Source of the DNA: an uncultured delta proteobacterium
GTDB taxonomy: Bacteria > Myxococcota_A > Polyangia > Polyangiales > Polyangiaceae
Length of the DNA: 64,000 nucleotides
Assembly: GCA_963806225.1 (NCBI GenBank)
Contig: CAWDXG010000004.1
Span: 2,752,001-2,816,000 of the forward strand
Direction: 5' to 3'
Under the pieces are notes generated by a model. The model was given only the letters and a program-made list of their open reading frames with translations. It was not told the origin of the DNA and ran no database searches. Both the position numbers and the translations under genes were made by a program. This document shows, one piece after another, positions 8,691 to 19,261 of the stretch; the stretch's first letter is position 1, and the number at the start of each line of letters is the position of its first letter.

Positions 8691-10447
8691 ATGCCGCGCG
8701 ATTCCAACATACCGTTGTTCCTGTGGATCGCGGCGGCAATCGTCGCGCATCTGGTGTGGGGAGGAGGAGCGGACCGCGTCGCGCATGTGCTCGAGGAACA
8801 GCTGGACCTGCACCGCTTCGCTCTCGCGGTGCAGCGCCACGTGCGGATGCAGGATCAGCCGATCCAGGTCGCGCTGCTGGACCAGACCGACAAGCCGAAG
8901 CCCAAACCGCCCGAGGTGGACAAGGAACAGCCGCCGGAGAAGGAGCCCGAAAAGGACCCGGAGAAGGAGCGCGACAAGAAGAAGGTAAAGCACCAGGACA
9001 CGAAGAAGAAAGAGAAGAAGCACGAGAAGAAGGCGAAGCCCATCATCGTGCCGAAGCTGCTACCGGCTAGACCTGCTCCGAAGAAGCACGGAGACAAGAA
9101 GGCGAAGCCGCCCGCGCCGCTGCCGAAAATCAAGCACCACAGTCGCATCGCGGTCCGGCAGCACGTCAAGGACAAGCAGAAGGACAACCCGACGGCGGAA
9201 TTCATCGCCGACCAGGCCAACACCGTCGCCAAACAGACGCAGGCGCGCATCACCTCGACGGATCAGAACGACGCGCACCCGACACCCGGTGGGCACCACT
9301 CGGGTCCGAACAGCCAACCGGGCGACTCCGATCACACGAAGATCGCGCAGTCGGAAGACCGCCCCGGGGCGCCGGATCTCGCTCCCAACGACCCGGGAAA
9401 CGACCAGCCGAAGAAGGTGGCGATGGCCCAGGCCAAGCCACCGCCCGCGGCGCGGCGGCCCGCGCAGGCCGAGCGTCCCGCGCGCGCGCCCGCGAGGAGC
9501 TCGACCCGGCCGGCCCAGAACGGACAGAAGGCGCAGAAGGCCGTGGCCCCGACTCCCGCCTCGCCGGATACGGAGCACGCGCCTGGAGGGAGCTTCAGCG
9601 TTCCCGAAGCCGCGCCTGCGAGGCCGGGGCACAAGGCCCGCAAGGCGCGCAAGAAGCGACTTCCCCCCGCCGGACCCACGATCCGCTCGGATTGCTGGGG
9701 CTGGGTGCACCCGGACGCACCAAGGACGGCGTCCAGCTCAACCTGACGCCCAGGGCGGCGCTGGCGATCATCGGCAGGAAAGAGCTCAGGCGCGAGCGCC
9801 GCCTCGATGCCCAGCGGCGCAAGAGCGCACACCTCGGCTCGTGGAAGTCCATCGGGATCAAGCGCTGGCGCTCCGCGATCGAGAACTACGTGCCCAGCGT
9901 GAAGCCCGGCAACCAGACCGCCCTGAACACCGCGCGCGTTCCGTTCGCAAGCTACATCAACGGGATCCACAACCGCCTGCACCCGATCTTCGCGGACTCG
10001 TTCCTGGCTTCGCTCGACAATCTTCCGAAGAGCAACCCGATGAACAACCCGGACATCAGCACGAACATCGAGATCGTGCTGAGCCAGGACGACGGACACA
10101 TCGTGCGGATGGGTGTCACCAAGACGAGCGGGGTCACCGCATTCGATGTCGCGGCGCTCGAGTCGGTGCAGAGGGCGTCCCCGTTCGGGACGCCGCCGAC
10201 GGCGATCATCTCCCCCGACGGCCGGGTGTATCTGCACTGGGAGTTCTACCGGAACCCCTATTACGCCTGCTCCACGTACTTCGCGCGCCCGTTCATCCTC
10301 AAGGTGACGCCGAAGCCGGCAGCCCCGGACGTGCAGCCGCCACCCACCCACCCCTACGACCCGAAAGAAAAGCCCGGCCACGACCAGCGCCACGGACGCC
10401 GCCTGCCGGTCAAGCCGGAGCTGGAAAAGCACGCGGCGCTGAGGTAG
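8691..10447 (+). CDS. TonB C-terminal domain protein (N-terminal TM, Lys/Pro-rich linker); frameshifted at 9663-9668
   Basis: TM LFLWIAAAIVAHLVW in ORF 8610..9746; TonB_C-like FASYINGIHNRLH...IVLSQDDG...KTSGVTAFDVAALESVQRASPFGTPP in ORF 9692..10447. One extra C in the C6 run joins them (RLPPRRTHDPLGLLGLG). Confidence 0.8.
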
Positions 10448-10528
10448 ACCGGCGCGAAGCCGGGATCGCGGCGGAAGTACCCGGCGCCTGATCGATCCCG
10501 GACGGATCGTGCCCCGCAGAGGCCGCGT

Positions 10529-11674
10529 TTGACCAGCTCCCCCGAATCCCGCGAAGCGCCACGACCTGTTTCCGGATCGGAGCAGAGCGGTCACGAACCG
10601 GAGCGCGACAGGCCCACACCCGACGGGGCCGTCGTTTCGAGCGTCGCGGGGCTCGGCGGCGGACTGCTCCGCGCGATTGCCGCGCTCGCGCTCGTGGCCA
10701 CGGTGACCGCGCGCGGGCTGGCTCCCGCGCTGCCTGGCTCCGCCGCGGGCATCGCTGGATGGATCCGCGCGTCGGAGACCACTGCGATGCTGCTGTCGCA
10801 GATCCTGGTCGTGAGCGGCGCGCTGGTGGTGTTCCGGTTGCTCATCCGCACGCTCCGGCAGACCGAGCTCGGCGTCGTCTACCGGCTGCTGGCGGTTCCG
10901 CTGGGGGCCGCGGCACTCACCATCATCATGGCCGCGGCCCAGTCGTCCGAGCGCCCCGGTGTGGCACTCGGGCTGGCCGTGATCACGTCCATCGTGGCCA
11001 TCGCGGCAACGTTTCCCACGCTCGCTGCGCCGCGCACACGGGCGGCGGGCTTCGTACTGGGCGTCGTGGGCACCGCGTCTTTCGTCCACGTTCTGGCACG
11101 CCTGCTGGCGATCCGGGCGAGCGAACAGGCGCTCGCCTCGCTGTTCAGGGTGGCCGAAAGCGTCTCCACGCTGAGCTTCGCGCTCGACGTGGCCAGTATC
11201 GCGCTGGTCGCCGTCTGGCTCGGGGCGCACAGGAGGTCGCGGGCCATCGTGGTCGGCGGCGTCCTGGTCGGTCTGTCCGCCCTCGTCGCCTGGGGCGCGG
11301 TCCGCGGCTCGGGCGAGAGCGCGGCGCTCTGGCAGGTGCTCGCGTCGCGGTCCCTGGCCGGCATGACGCGGCACCCCGCACCGATGGTGCTGGCACCGCT
11401 GCGCTACTCGGTCGAGCTTCTGGCGCTCCTGGTCGCGGCCGTGGCGCTCGTTCTGCCCGGACGCAATGCCCCGGTACAGGCGCTCTTCGCCCTGGCTCTG
11501 CTGGCGCGCACTTCCACGGATATTCCACTCTGCGCGCTATGCCTGCTGATCGCCGCGTTGCTGGGCCCGCTCGCGTCGCTTGCAGAGCGGACCGTCGCCT
11601 CCGCGGAGCCGGCGGAGCGTGGCGCCTATCGAACGGCAAAGGACCCGCCGAACGACGCCAGCGTGGACGACTAG
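10529..11674 (+). CDS. Multi-pass membrane protein of unknown function
   Basis: Many hydrophobic helices; no recognisable motif; start uncertain (TTG). Confidence 0.7.
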   Translation: MTSSPESREAPRPVSGSEQSGHEPERDRPTPDGAVVSSVAGLGGGLLRAIAALALVATVTARGLAPALPGSAAGIAGWIRASETTAMLLSQILVVSGALVVFRLLIRTLRQTELGVVYRLLAVPLGAAALTIIMAAAQSSERPGVALGLAVITSIVAIAATFPTLAAPRTRAAGFVLGVVGTASFVHVLARLLAIRASEQALASLFRVAESVSTLSFALDVASIALVAVWLGAHRRSRAIVVGGVLVGLSALVAWGAVRGSGESAALWQVLASRSLAGMTRHPAPMVLAPLRYSVELLALLVAAVALVLPGRNAPVQALFALALLARTSTDIPLCALCLLIAALLGPLASLAERTVASAEPAERGAYRTAKDPPNDASVDD

Positions 11675-11773
11675 CTAGCGCCTACACAAGAAGCCGAGCG
11701 CGGGGATCGCCAGGCACACGCCGGCGAACAGCAGCCACGCCCACCAACGCATCACGAGCTGGCGCGGAGCCAT
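11675..11773 (-). CDS. Putative 32-aa single-TM small protein
   Basis: MAPRQLVMRWWAWLLFAGVCLAIPALGFLCRR*; GC3-rich codons; fills the gap directly downstream of cyoE. Confidence 0.45.
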   Translation of the reverse strand: MAPRQLVMRWWAWLLFAGVCLAIPALGFLCRR

Positions 11774-11788
11774 CGGACGCGGGGCGGC

Positions 11789-12682
11789 TCACAGAGCGCT
11801 GACGACCAGCGCTCCGAACACCAGCACCAGGTACGGCAACGAGGCGAAGAACAGCGAACGCGCCCAGCGCGGTCCCGCTTCCGCCCTCAGGCCGTAGATG
11901 CCCCAGCCCATGAACGCGCCGGCCAGTGCTCCAATCGCTACCAGATACACCGGGCCGGCCATGCCGATGAACGCGGGCAGCAGGCTGGCCGCGAGCAGAA
12001 GCAACGAATAAAGGACGATGGCCCGCTTCGCGAACGGAAGGCCGCGTGCAGCGGGCATCACGCGAAGACCCGCGCGCTCGTATTCGCGCTGCCGGAAGAT
12101 GGCGATCGCGAGGAAATGGGGCAGCTGCCAGAAGAACAGGATCGCGAACAGCGCCAGCGCCCGCGGATCGAGCGCACCGGTCACCGCAGCCCAGCCGATG
12201 AGCGGTGGGATAGCCCCCGGGACGGCGCCGACATGGAGCGCGTACGGCGTGACCCGCTTGAGCGGCGTGTAGACGAGCACGTAGCTTACGAGCGCAACCG
12301 CGGCGAGGAGCCCGCTCAGCGGATTGACCGCGAAGGTGAGCAGCGGCAGCCCCACCAGCGCCAGCGCGACCCCGAACCACAATGCGACCTCCGGCGCCAG
12401 GCGCCCGGACGGCAGCGGCCGCGTACGGGTCCGCTCCATGGCACGGTCCGAATCACGCTCCAGATACATGTTGAGCGTGTTCGCCGCCGCCACCACGAGC
12501 ACTGTCCCGACCAGCGCCAGGAGAAGCCGGAGCGTCGCGATGTGCCCCGGAGCGACGAGCGCTCCGCAGAAGGTCGTCACGATCACGAGACGCGTGACAC
12601 CCGGCTTGGTGAGCTGGACGAGAGACTGGATGACGCCAAGCGCGTCACGTGATGTCGTCGCCGTTCCGGCGCTACTGCTCAT
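11789..12682 (-). CDS. cyoE: Protoheme IX farnesyltransferase (heme o synthase)
   Basis: LTKPGV, NMYLERDSDRAMERTRTRPLPSG, YTPLKR, GAIPPLIGWAA, FWQLPHFLAIA. Confidence 0.96.
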   Translation of the reverse strand: MSSSAGTATTSRDALGVIQSLVQLTKPGVTRLVIVTTFCGALVAPGHIATLRLLLALVGTVLVVAAANTLNMYLERDSDRAMERTRTRPLPSGRLAPEVALWFGVALALVGLPLLTFAVNPLSGLLAAVALVSYVLVYTPLKRVTPYALHVGAVPGAIPPLIGWAAVTGALDPRALALFAILFFWQLPHFLAIAIFRQREYERAGLRVMPAARGLPFAKRAIVLYSLLLLAASLLPAFIGMAGPVYLVAIGALAGAFMGWGIYGLRAEAGPRWARSLFFASLPYLVLVFGALVVSAL

Positions 12683-12999
12683 ACCGATTGTTCAGCGCTG
12701 GGGGAGACGGGGAAGTGCACGCGCCAGCCGAGAGCGCCCGCCCCAAGCGGCGGGATGGGGGTTCGTGGGGGTCCCTGACCTGCGTCGGGCCCCGCAGGGC
12801 CGCGCATGAGAGACGCCGACGACGGCGGATATAGTTCATGGCGCGCGAGACTGCCAGCCGCGAATCCCCGGCCGGCGCATCCGCCCGGATTTGTCGCGGT
12901 TCCCGCCGCCTGAACAGGCGCTCATGCCCAGGTCCCGCCCCGGAATTGTCCCCCGGCCCGCCAAGCTGTGGCAGATCACCCCACGAGTTGGAGAGCAGC

Positions 13000-13353
13000 G
13001 TGTCCTGGATCAGCATTTCGGCGGTGATCGGTTTCCTCGGTGTGGCGTTCGGCGCGTTCGGCGCGCACGGGCTCAAGGGACGGGTGCCGGAGAACCTGCT
13101 CGCCGCCTACCACACCGGCGTCCTGTACCACCTGATCCACGCCGTCGCGCTGCTAGCGCTCGCGCTCTACGGCCGCGCCACATCCACAGCCATCGGAGTT
13201 CCGGCCACGCTGCTGGCAGCGGGGATCGTCCTGTTCTCCGGCTCGCTCTACGCGATGGCGCTGACCGGCATGACCCGGCTCGGCATCATCACCCCGTTCG
13301 GCGGACTGTGCTTCCTTGCCGGCTGGGTGATGATCGCAATCCGGCTGCGCTAG
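13000..13353 (+). CDS. DUF423 (YgdD/TMEM256-like) membrane protein
   Basis: GAFGAHGL, YHLIHA, GIVLFSGSLY, ITPFGG..F..GW; GTG start after GGAG. Confidence 0.9.
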   Translation: MSWISISAVIGFLGVAFGAFGAHGLKGRVPENLLAAYHTGVLYHLIHAVALLALALYGRATSTAIGVPATLLAAGIVLFSGSLYAMALTGMTRLGIITPFGGLCFLAGWVMIAIRLR

Positions 13354-13378
13354 GCGCGGTCGGTCATGCCGGTGGCGG

Positions 13379-14578
13379 CTAGCGCTCGGCGTTCTGTACG
13401 GCGGCCTTCAGTGCAGCCAGCGCTTCGTCGATCACGCTTTCCGCAGCGGCGTAGGTGAACCGGATGTGCCCCGGCGCACCGAAAGGCTCGCCCGCCACAG
13501 CGGCGATGCCGCACACGTCGAGCTGCCACAGCGTGACATCGTTCGCACTGGCGAGCGCTTTGCCCTGGTGCTTGATGCCGTACAGGCCGGTCACATTCGG
13601 GAAAGCGTAGAAGGCGCCGCGCGGCATACCGCAGCTGACGCCGTCGATGCTGTTGAGGCCGTCCACCATGCGCTTGCGACGCGCGGCAAAGATGTCGCGC
13701 ATCCGCCGCACTTCGTCCCGGGGGCCGAGCAGCGCCGCTTCCGCCGCCCACTGGGCGACCGCCGCGGGATTGGTGGTGGATTGTCCCTGCAGCTTGGCAA
13801 CTGCCTTGGCCACGTGCGGGGGCGAGATAGCCCAGCCGATGCGCCAGCCGGTCATCGCGTAGCTCTTGCTCACGCCATCGACCACGATGAGGCGATCACG
13901 GAGCCCGGGAGCGAGCTTGCCCAGCGACACATGTTCGAATCCGTCGTAGACAAGGTCCCCGTAGATCTCGTCGGTAATGACGAACACGTCGTGGCGCTCG
14001 AGCACCTTCGAAAGCTCGCCAAGCTCCGCGGCGTCGTAGGCTGCGCCAGTGGGGTTGGACGGCGAGCAGAGGATGACCGCCTTGGTCTTCGGCGTGATGG
14101 CTGCATCGAGCTCGGCAGGTGTGAGCCGCCAGCCGTTGTCGGCGGATGCCTTGGCGATCCGCGGCACCGCGCCGCACAGCTTGACCTGCTCCGGATAGCT
14201 CACCCAGTACGGCGCCGGGATGACCACTTCGTCGCCAGGGTCGAGCAGCACCATGGCGAGATTGAACAGCGCGTGCTTGGCGCCGACGCTGACGCTGACC
14301 TGATCGACCGTCGGCTCCCAGCCGCGATCACGCCGGGTTGCCTCGCAGATCGCTGCCTTCAACGACGGCGTCCCCGTCGCGGGCGTGTAGTGCGAGCTCT
14401 TGTCGATGGCTTTCGCCGCTGCCTCGCGGATGAAGGCCGGGGTCTCGAAGTCCGGCTCGCCCACGCCAAAGGTGTAGATCTTGCGGCCGGCGGCGCGCAG
14501 CTCGGCTGCGCGAGCGGTCATCGCAAGCGTGGCACTCGGCGACACGGCGTCGAGACGCTTTGCGAGGGTGGTGGCCAC
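13379..14578 (-). CDS. PLP-dependent class I/II aminotransferase (aspartate aminotransferase-like)
   Basis: GEPDF, PYWVSY, SPSNPTG, DEIY, SKSYAMTGWRIG. Confidence 0.95.
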   Translation of the reverse strand: MATTLAKRLDAVSPSATLAMTARAAELRAAGRKIYTFGVGEPDFETPAFIREAAAKAIDKSSHYTPATGTPSLKAAICEATRRDRGWEPTVDQVSVSVGAKHALFNLAMVLLDPGDEVVIPAPYWVSYPEQVKLCGAVPRIAKASADNGWRLTPAELDAAITPKTKAVILCSPSNPTGAAYDAAELGELSKVLERHDVFVITDEIYGDLVYDGFEHVSLGKLAPGLRDRLIVVDGVSKSYAMTGWRIGWAISPPHVAKAVAKLQGQSTTNPAAVAQWAAEAALLGPRDEVRRMRDIFAARRKRMVDGLNSIDGVSCGMPRGAFYAFPNVTGLYGIKHQGKALASANDVTLWQLDVCGIAAVAGEPFGAPGHIRFTYAAAESVIDEALAALKAAVQNAER

Positions 14579-14580
14579 GG

Positions 14581-14904
14581 CTAGGCCCTCTTTTCCTTTT
14601 CTGCGTACTCCTCTTCTTCTTCTTCATCGTCGTCCTCGTCCTCGTCACGCGGCGGACGGCGCTTCTTCGCGGGCAGGCGCTTGGGCGCCTGCTTGCTGGA
14701 CTTGCCCTTCACGCGCTTCTTCTGGCGGGGACGCTCTTCTTCTTCGTCGTCCTCCTCGTCGTCCTCGTCGAGCTCGGAGATCCCCTTCTTGAAGTTCTTG
14801 ATCCCCTCGCCGAGCCCCTTTCCGATTTCGGAAAGGCGACCCGCTCCGAACAGGAGCAGCACGATGAGAGCGACGATGACGATCTGCCAGGGACCAACGG
14901 ACAT
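14581..14904 (-). CDS. tatA: Twin-arginine translocase TatA/TatE subunit
   Basis: GPWQIVIVALIVLLLFGAGRLSEIGKGLGEGIKNFKKG followed by a charged tail. Confidence 0.92.
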   Translation of the reverse strand: MSVGPWQIVIVALIVLLLFGAGRLSEIGKGLGEGIKNFKKGISELDEDDEEDDEEEERPRQKKRVKGKSSKQAPKRLPAKKRRPPRDEDEDDDEEEEEEYAEKEKRA

Positions 14905-14949
14905 TTTCCGACTCCAACCGCCCGCGTGGAGCGATGCGATGGCGCTTCC

Positions 14950-15948
14950 CTAACACCGTGCCCCACGCCGGGCAACGCCCCGGCGGACCAGGGCCAGAGC
15001 CAGCGCGAGAACCAGCGCCGCGGACATGCCGGCGAGCGGAACCAGGACATACATCGCCCCCGACGCCCCCCCGCGATCGATCATGTGCAGGACGGAAAGC
15101 GCCGAGACCGCCGACGCGCCTCCGAGGGCCGTCGCCCTGAGCCGCCCCGCGATACGGTACTGGAGCGCGAGCCAGGCGACGAGCAGCGCCAGCAGTGCGG
15201 CAGTGATTCCGACGAGCAGGGCACGAACCGGCACCGACAGCTTGTCGGGATGACCCCAGGCGGACAGGCCGGAAACATCTGCGCGGCGCACGTGCAGAGC
15301 CAGCGCCGGAAAGCTGCCGCGACGTCGCGTCGACAGCCGCAGATCGGCGAGGTGGAAGCTACGCAGGTCGGCGCTCGGATGCAGCTCGGTGGCCGTGAAC
15401 CAGACGCTCCCGTCCTTCACGCCGGGCAACGCTCCGGTCACTCGCGGCGTCCGGCCCGGAAAGCACAACCAGCTCACTCCGACCATGGGCACCAGCACGC
15501 TGCGCGGTTTTCCGAGGCCGCTGCAGCCGCGCCGCCCCTGTTGGATGAGGTGTTCGGCGAACAGACCCGGGTTCGCCGAGTCGGCGCCCCATGCGACACA
15601 AGCCAGATAGCCGGCCAGCGCCAGGGCGAAGAGCCGCCCCGAGCTGCCGAGGACCAGTCGGAGCGGCGAGGCACCCAGCGAAAGCAGGGCCCGCGCCTCG
15701 CCGCGTTCCACGAGGACCGACGCCCCGGCCGCGAATCCGGTGGGCACACCGACCAGCAAGGCGGTTTCCACCGCCACCGCCGCCAGGGCCTTGGCGAACG
15801 GCAGTGCAACCCCCACCGGTACCTCGGGCGCCATGAGCCACGGCAGCAGGCGCACCAAGCCGGCGGAGAGCGCGGCCGCCAACACCAGGGCCATGGCGAG
15901 CAGGCTCGCGCGCCAGCAGTAGCGGCCGAGCGGCCCGCTTCCGGACAT
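14950..15948 (-). CDS. LptF/LptG-like membrane permease (divergent)
   Basis: ERGEARALLSLGASPLRL resembles the LptF/G coupling-helix motif; TM block, beta-rich segment, TM block. Confidence 0.55.
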   Translation of the reverse strand: MSGSGPLGRYCWRASLLAMALVLAAALSAGLVRLLPWLMAPEVPVGVALPFAKALAAVAVETALLVGVPTGFAAGASVLVERGEARALLSLGASPLRLVLGSSGRLFALALAGYLACVAWGADSANPGLFAEHLIQQGRRGCSGLGKPRSVLVPMVGVSWLCFPGRTPRVTGALPGVKDGSVWFTATELHPSADLRSFHLADLRLSTRRRGSFPALALHVRRADVSGLSAWGHPDKLSVPVRALLVGITAALLALLVAWLALQYRIAGRLRATALGGASAVSALSVLHMIDRGGASGAMYVLVPLAGMSAALVLALALALVRRGVARRGARC

Positions 15949-16124
15949 GGGCAGAAGAGTAGAATGAAAGGCGCCCTCCCGCCCGGCCGAGCGCCTGGAC
16001 TCGTGCGGCCGGACACTGAATCTCTGTGCACCCCTAGGGCCCCTCTTCCCCACGGCACGCGCGGTGTTATGCTCGCGAGGCCCCGGAAGCCCCGGGCCTG
16101 CCTAGACTTGGCTGGAGGGAACAC

Positions 16125-16817
16125 ATGCGCTTGATTCGGTCGGTCCCCATAGCTGCGCTCCTCGTTGCGAGCGCCACGGTGTTCATGCCGCGCTCGGCGC
16201 ACGCCCAGGAAGTGTCTCCGACCGGCAAGGGCATCACCGGCGGCGCGCTGCTCGGCGCGGAGGCGGTGACCTTGACCGAGGCTGCGATAGGCGTGAAGCC
16301 CGCGTGGCCGTACATCGTCGGCGGCATCGTCGGCGCCGGCGGCGGCGGTGTGGGTGGATACTTCGCCGAGAAGAGCGACACCAAGCTTTCGCTCTACCTC
16401 CTGGCGGGCGGCATGGCATTGGTGATCCCGACCACGGTGGCTATCCTCAGTGCAACCGCCTACAGCCCCCCCGCCAACTACACAGAGGACAAGGGCCCGA
16501 GCGGTGAGCCCGTAGCCGAACCGCCGCAACCGACGAACGGAGCGGCGCCCAGCACGGCCCCCGCTACGACGCCTCCCACCTCTCGTGTCCATCGCGCGCG
16601 CCAGCGTCGAGTGGCGCTTCTGCCGCGTCGCGAGCGGCCGCTGACGCTCTACCGCCCCGTGCTGCCCCCCGCGTTGATCGGCCTTGAACCCCGCGGTCTC
16701 ACTTTGAGTGTGCCCGCGGTCGAGGTGCGGGACACCTTCAGCCAGAGCGAGCGGCTGCGCTATGGGATGAAGGAGCAGACCGAGCTCCACGTCCCGGTCT
16801 TCAACTACGTTTTCTAG
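16125..16817 (+). CDS. Secreted/membrane protein of unknown function
   Basis: Signal peptide ending SAHA, Gly-rich hydrophobic segments, GGAGG RBS. Confidence 0.75.
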   Translation: MRLIRSVPIAALLVASATVFMPRSAHAQEVSPTGKGITGGALLGAEAVTLTEAAIGVKPAWPYIVGGIVGAGGGGVGGYFAEKSDTKLSLYLLAGGMALVIPTTVAILSATAYSPPANYTEDKGPSGEPVAEPPQPTNGAAPSTAPATTPPTSRVHRARQRRVALLPRRERPLTLYRPVLPPALIGLEPRGLTLSVPAVEVRDTFSQSERLRYGMKEQTELHVPVFNYVF

Positions 16818-16923
16818 CCGTCCGCCGGAGAGAACCACTTGGTTCGTCGGGGCTGTTGCCGTAACATGCCAATGCTGCGGTTATGGGGGTATTTTCCCCA
16901 CCGCAGATAGCTAGAAGCACTAC

Positions 16924-18661
16924 ATGGCACAGCCAGCTCCGCAGAGATCCGGCACATCGAAAGGTCGAGGCGGGGACGATCCCTCGCTGGGCAAGGTAAT
17001 CGCGGGTCGGTACCGCCTCGAGGCGCGTATCGGCGAGGGCGGGATGGGCATCGTCTACCGCGCCCGGCACGTCCTCATCGACCGCGTGGTGGCGGTCAAG
17101 CTGATCCGGCCCGACCTGCGCGGCGAGACGCACCTACGCGCGTGGATGCTGCGCGAGGCGCGCGCCGCCAACCGGGTCGACCACGCACACATCATCGACA
17201 TCCACGACATCGGCGAGACCGACGAAGGCGAGCTGTATCTCGTGATGGAGTATCTGGTCGGGACGCCGCTGTCCTCGGAGCTGGCGCGCGGCCCGATGCC
17301 GATCCAGCGCGGCGTGGACATCATCGAGCAGATGGGCGCCGCGCTCGCGCGCGCCCATGACCTGGGTGTCGTGCATCGCGATCTGAAGAGCGACAACATC
17401 CTTCTCACGGCGCGCGGCGGCCGGAAGGACTTCGTCAAGATCCTCGACTTCGGTCTGGCAGCGCTGGCGCATGACCCGCGCCTCGCTCCCAAGGGCGCCG
17501 TGTTCGGCACCCCCGAGTACATGTCGCCGGAACAGGCCCGCGGGCGAGCAGGCCGGACCGCAATCGGATCTGTACGCGCTCGGCGTGCTGTTCTTCGAGA
17601 TGCTGACCGGGCAGCTCCCGTTCCGCGCCAGCGATCGCGACACGCTGCTCGAGATGCAGCGCAGCGCTCTGCCCCCGCGTCCGAGCACTGTCCGCAAGGA
17701 TTGCCATCCGGTCGCCGAGCGCATCGTGCTGAGGCTGCTGGAGAAAGACCAGCGCAAGCGCTACCGCGACGGCCATCACCTGCTGGAAGAGCTGAAGGCA
17801 CTGCAGCGCTCGCTGCCGAGCATCAGCTGGGACAAGGAGAACAACGAGGCTCCGGTCGCACCGCCGCCGCCGCCACCACCACGCTCTCCGGGCGTGGTGG
17901 AGTGGGCGAGCCGGACAGGCCTTTTCGCACGCATGGTGGCGCGCGCGTATCCGTCGGGCGACGCGCCCACCGAGGTCGCCCAGGCGCTGGCCGCACTGTG
18001 GGACCTCGCGGCCAAGGCCAACGGCCTCGAGGGCGAGATCGCCAGCCACACCCGCAAGCTCGAGGCGCTCGAACGCCGCGGGCGGGCGCTGCGCGCCGAG
18101 ATCGGCCGCAAGGTCGAGGAGCTCGCCCAGGAGGAATCGCGAGCGCTACGCGACGCGGCGGCCTACGGCGAAGAAGAAGAAGCGGCCCGCCGCGAGCTCG
18201 CCCGTCTGAACGAGCAGGCGCGCGAGCTTACCGGCAAGGCGGACGAAGCCGAGCGTGACGGGTCGGGGACACGCGCGGTCTACGAGCAGGCGGGCGCAGC
18301 CCGGGCGATGGTCGAGGCGAAGAAGCAGTGGATGCAGACGCGCGAAGCCCGCCGCGTGGGACGCGAGGCGACGGCGCGCGATCTCCGCCGGCAGATCGAG
18401 GAGCTGCGCGATCAGCTGTCGCGCTACGCCGAAGCGATGGAAGAGGACCTGGCGTCAGGCCGCGAGAAGGTCGCAGCCCGCTCGCGGGAAGGCCTGAAAT
18501 ACGAGAAGGCGTTCCAGGAAGCGTCCCACGTCCTGGTCAACCACCTGAAGGGCAAGCCGGAGTGCCGCGATCTGATGGCGGAGCTGACCACGAGCGGCGG
18601 CGACTCCAACGGCAACCAGGGCAGCTCCGTGCGCAACAACAACGCGCGCGCCGCCAGCTGA
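16924..18661 (+). CDS. Ser/Thr protein kinase with C-terminal coiled coil; frameshifted at 17542-17544
   Basis: GEGGMG, VAVK, HRDLKSDN, DFG, GTPEYMSPEQARG, then SDLYALG in the next frame. Removing one G gives a 578-aa ORF. Confidence 0.9.
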
Positions 18662-18672
18662 TTCCGCGCGCG

Positions 18673-19206
18673 TCAGGCCGGTAGCTTCGCCGTCAGGAAC
18701 GAGCGGAGCTTCACGAGGTTCTTGGGATCGCGCGCGAAGCTGGGCGGTACGTAGCCGTCGGCCCACACCTTGACCTCGCGCACGAACTCGCTCTGCACCG
18801 CGTCGTCGCCGAGGATGTCGTCGACGCTGCGTCCACGCGCCGATGTCTTGTCCAGCCCGGCCACGTACGACTCGAGCCGCGAGTAGTCATCGCCCAGAAA
18901 CTCGCGCACGAGCTCGGCTTCCGCGGAGAGGCGCAAAAGCGTACCCGTGGAATCGGCGTCGGCCCCTTCGCCGCCGGCGGAGACGCGGAGCACGAACGCA
19001 TCGTCGATGAATCCGAGATCCTCGATACCGTCGGGGATCAGATCCAACGACTTGAACAGATAGTTGAGCGCGCCGGCGACGCGCCGGCGTGCCGCCTCGG
19101 GCAGATCCGGAGTGCCGATCAGGGCCACCAGCGCACGGGCGTCGTCCCCCAGTTCTTTGAGCCAGCCTGGGAATGCATCGAGAAAGCGCGATTCGAGCTC
19201 GGCCAT
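18673..19206 (-). CDS. DUF1232 (YkvA-like) protein
   Basis: ALNYLFKSLDLIPDGIEDLGFIDDAFVL motif. Confidence 0.8.
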   Translation of the reverse strand: MAELESRFLDAFPGWLKELGDDARALVALIGTPDLPEAARRRVAGALNYLFKSLDLIPDGIEDLGFIDDAFVLRVSAGGEGADADSTGTLLRLSAEAELVREFLGDDYSRLESYVAGLDKTSARGRSVDDILGDDAVQSEFVREVKVWADGYVPPSFARDPKNLVKLRSFLTAKLPA

Positions 19207-19261
19207 GACGGGTTTCGTACCATCGACCCTGCGCCGCGAAAACCGAAAACGAAATGCCCGG

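Noticed and set aside
12683..12999. Possible ncRNA (6S, SRP or riboswitch) in the cyoE-DUF423 intergenic region
   Set aside because: Only short 7-bp pairings (for example 12804-12810 with 12921-12927), expected by chance at this GC content; no recognisable family motif. An Rfam search would settle it.
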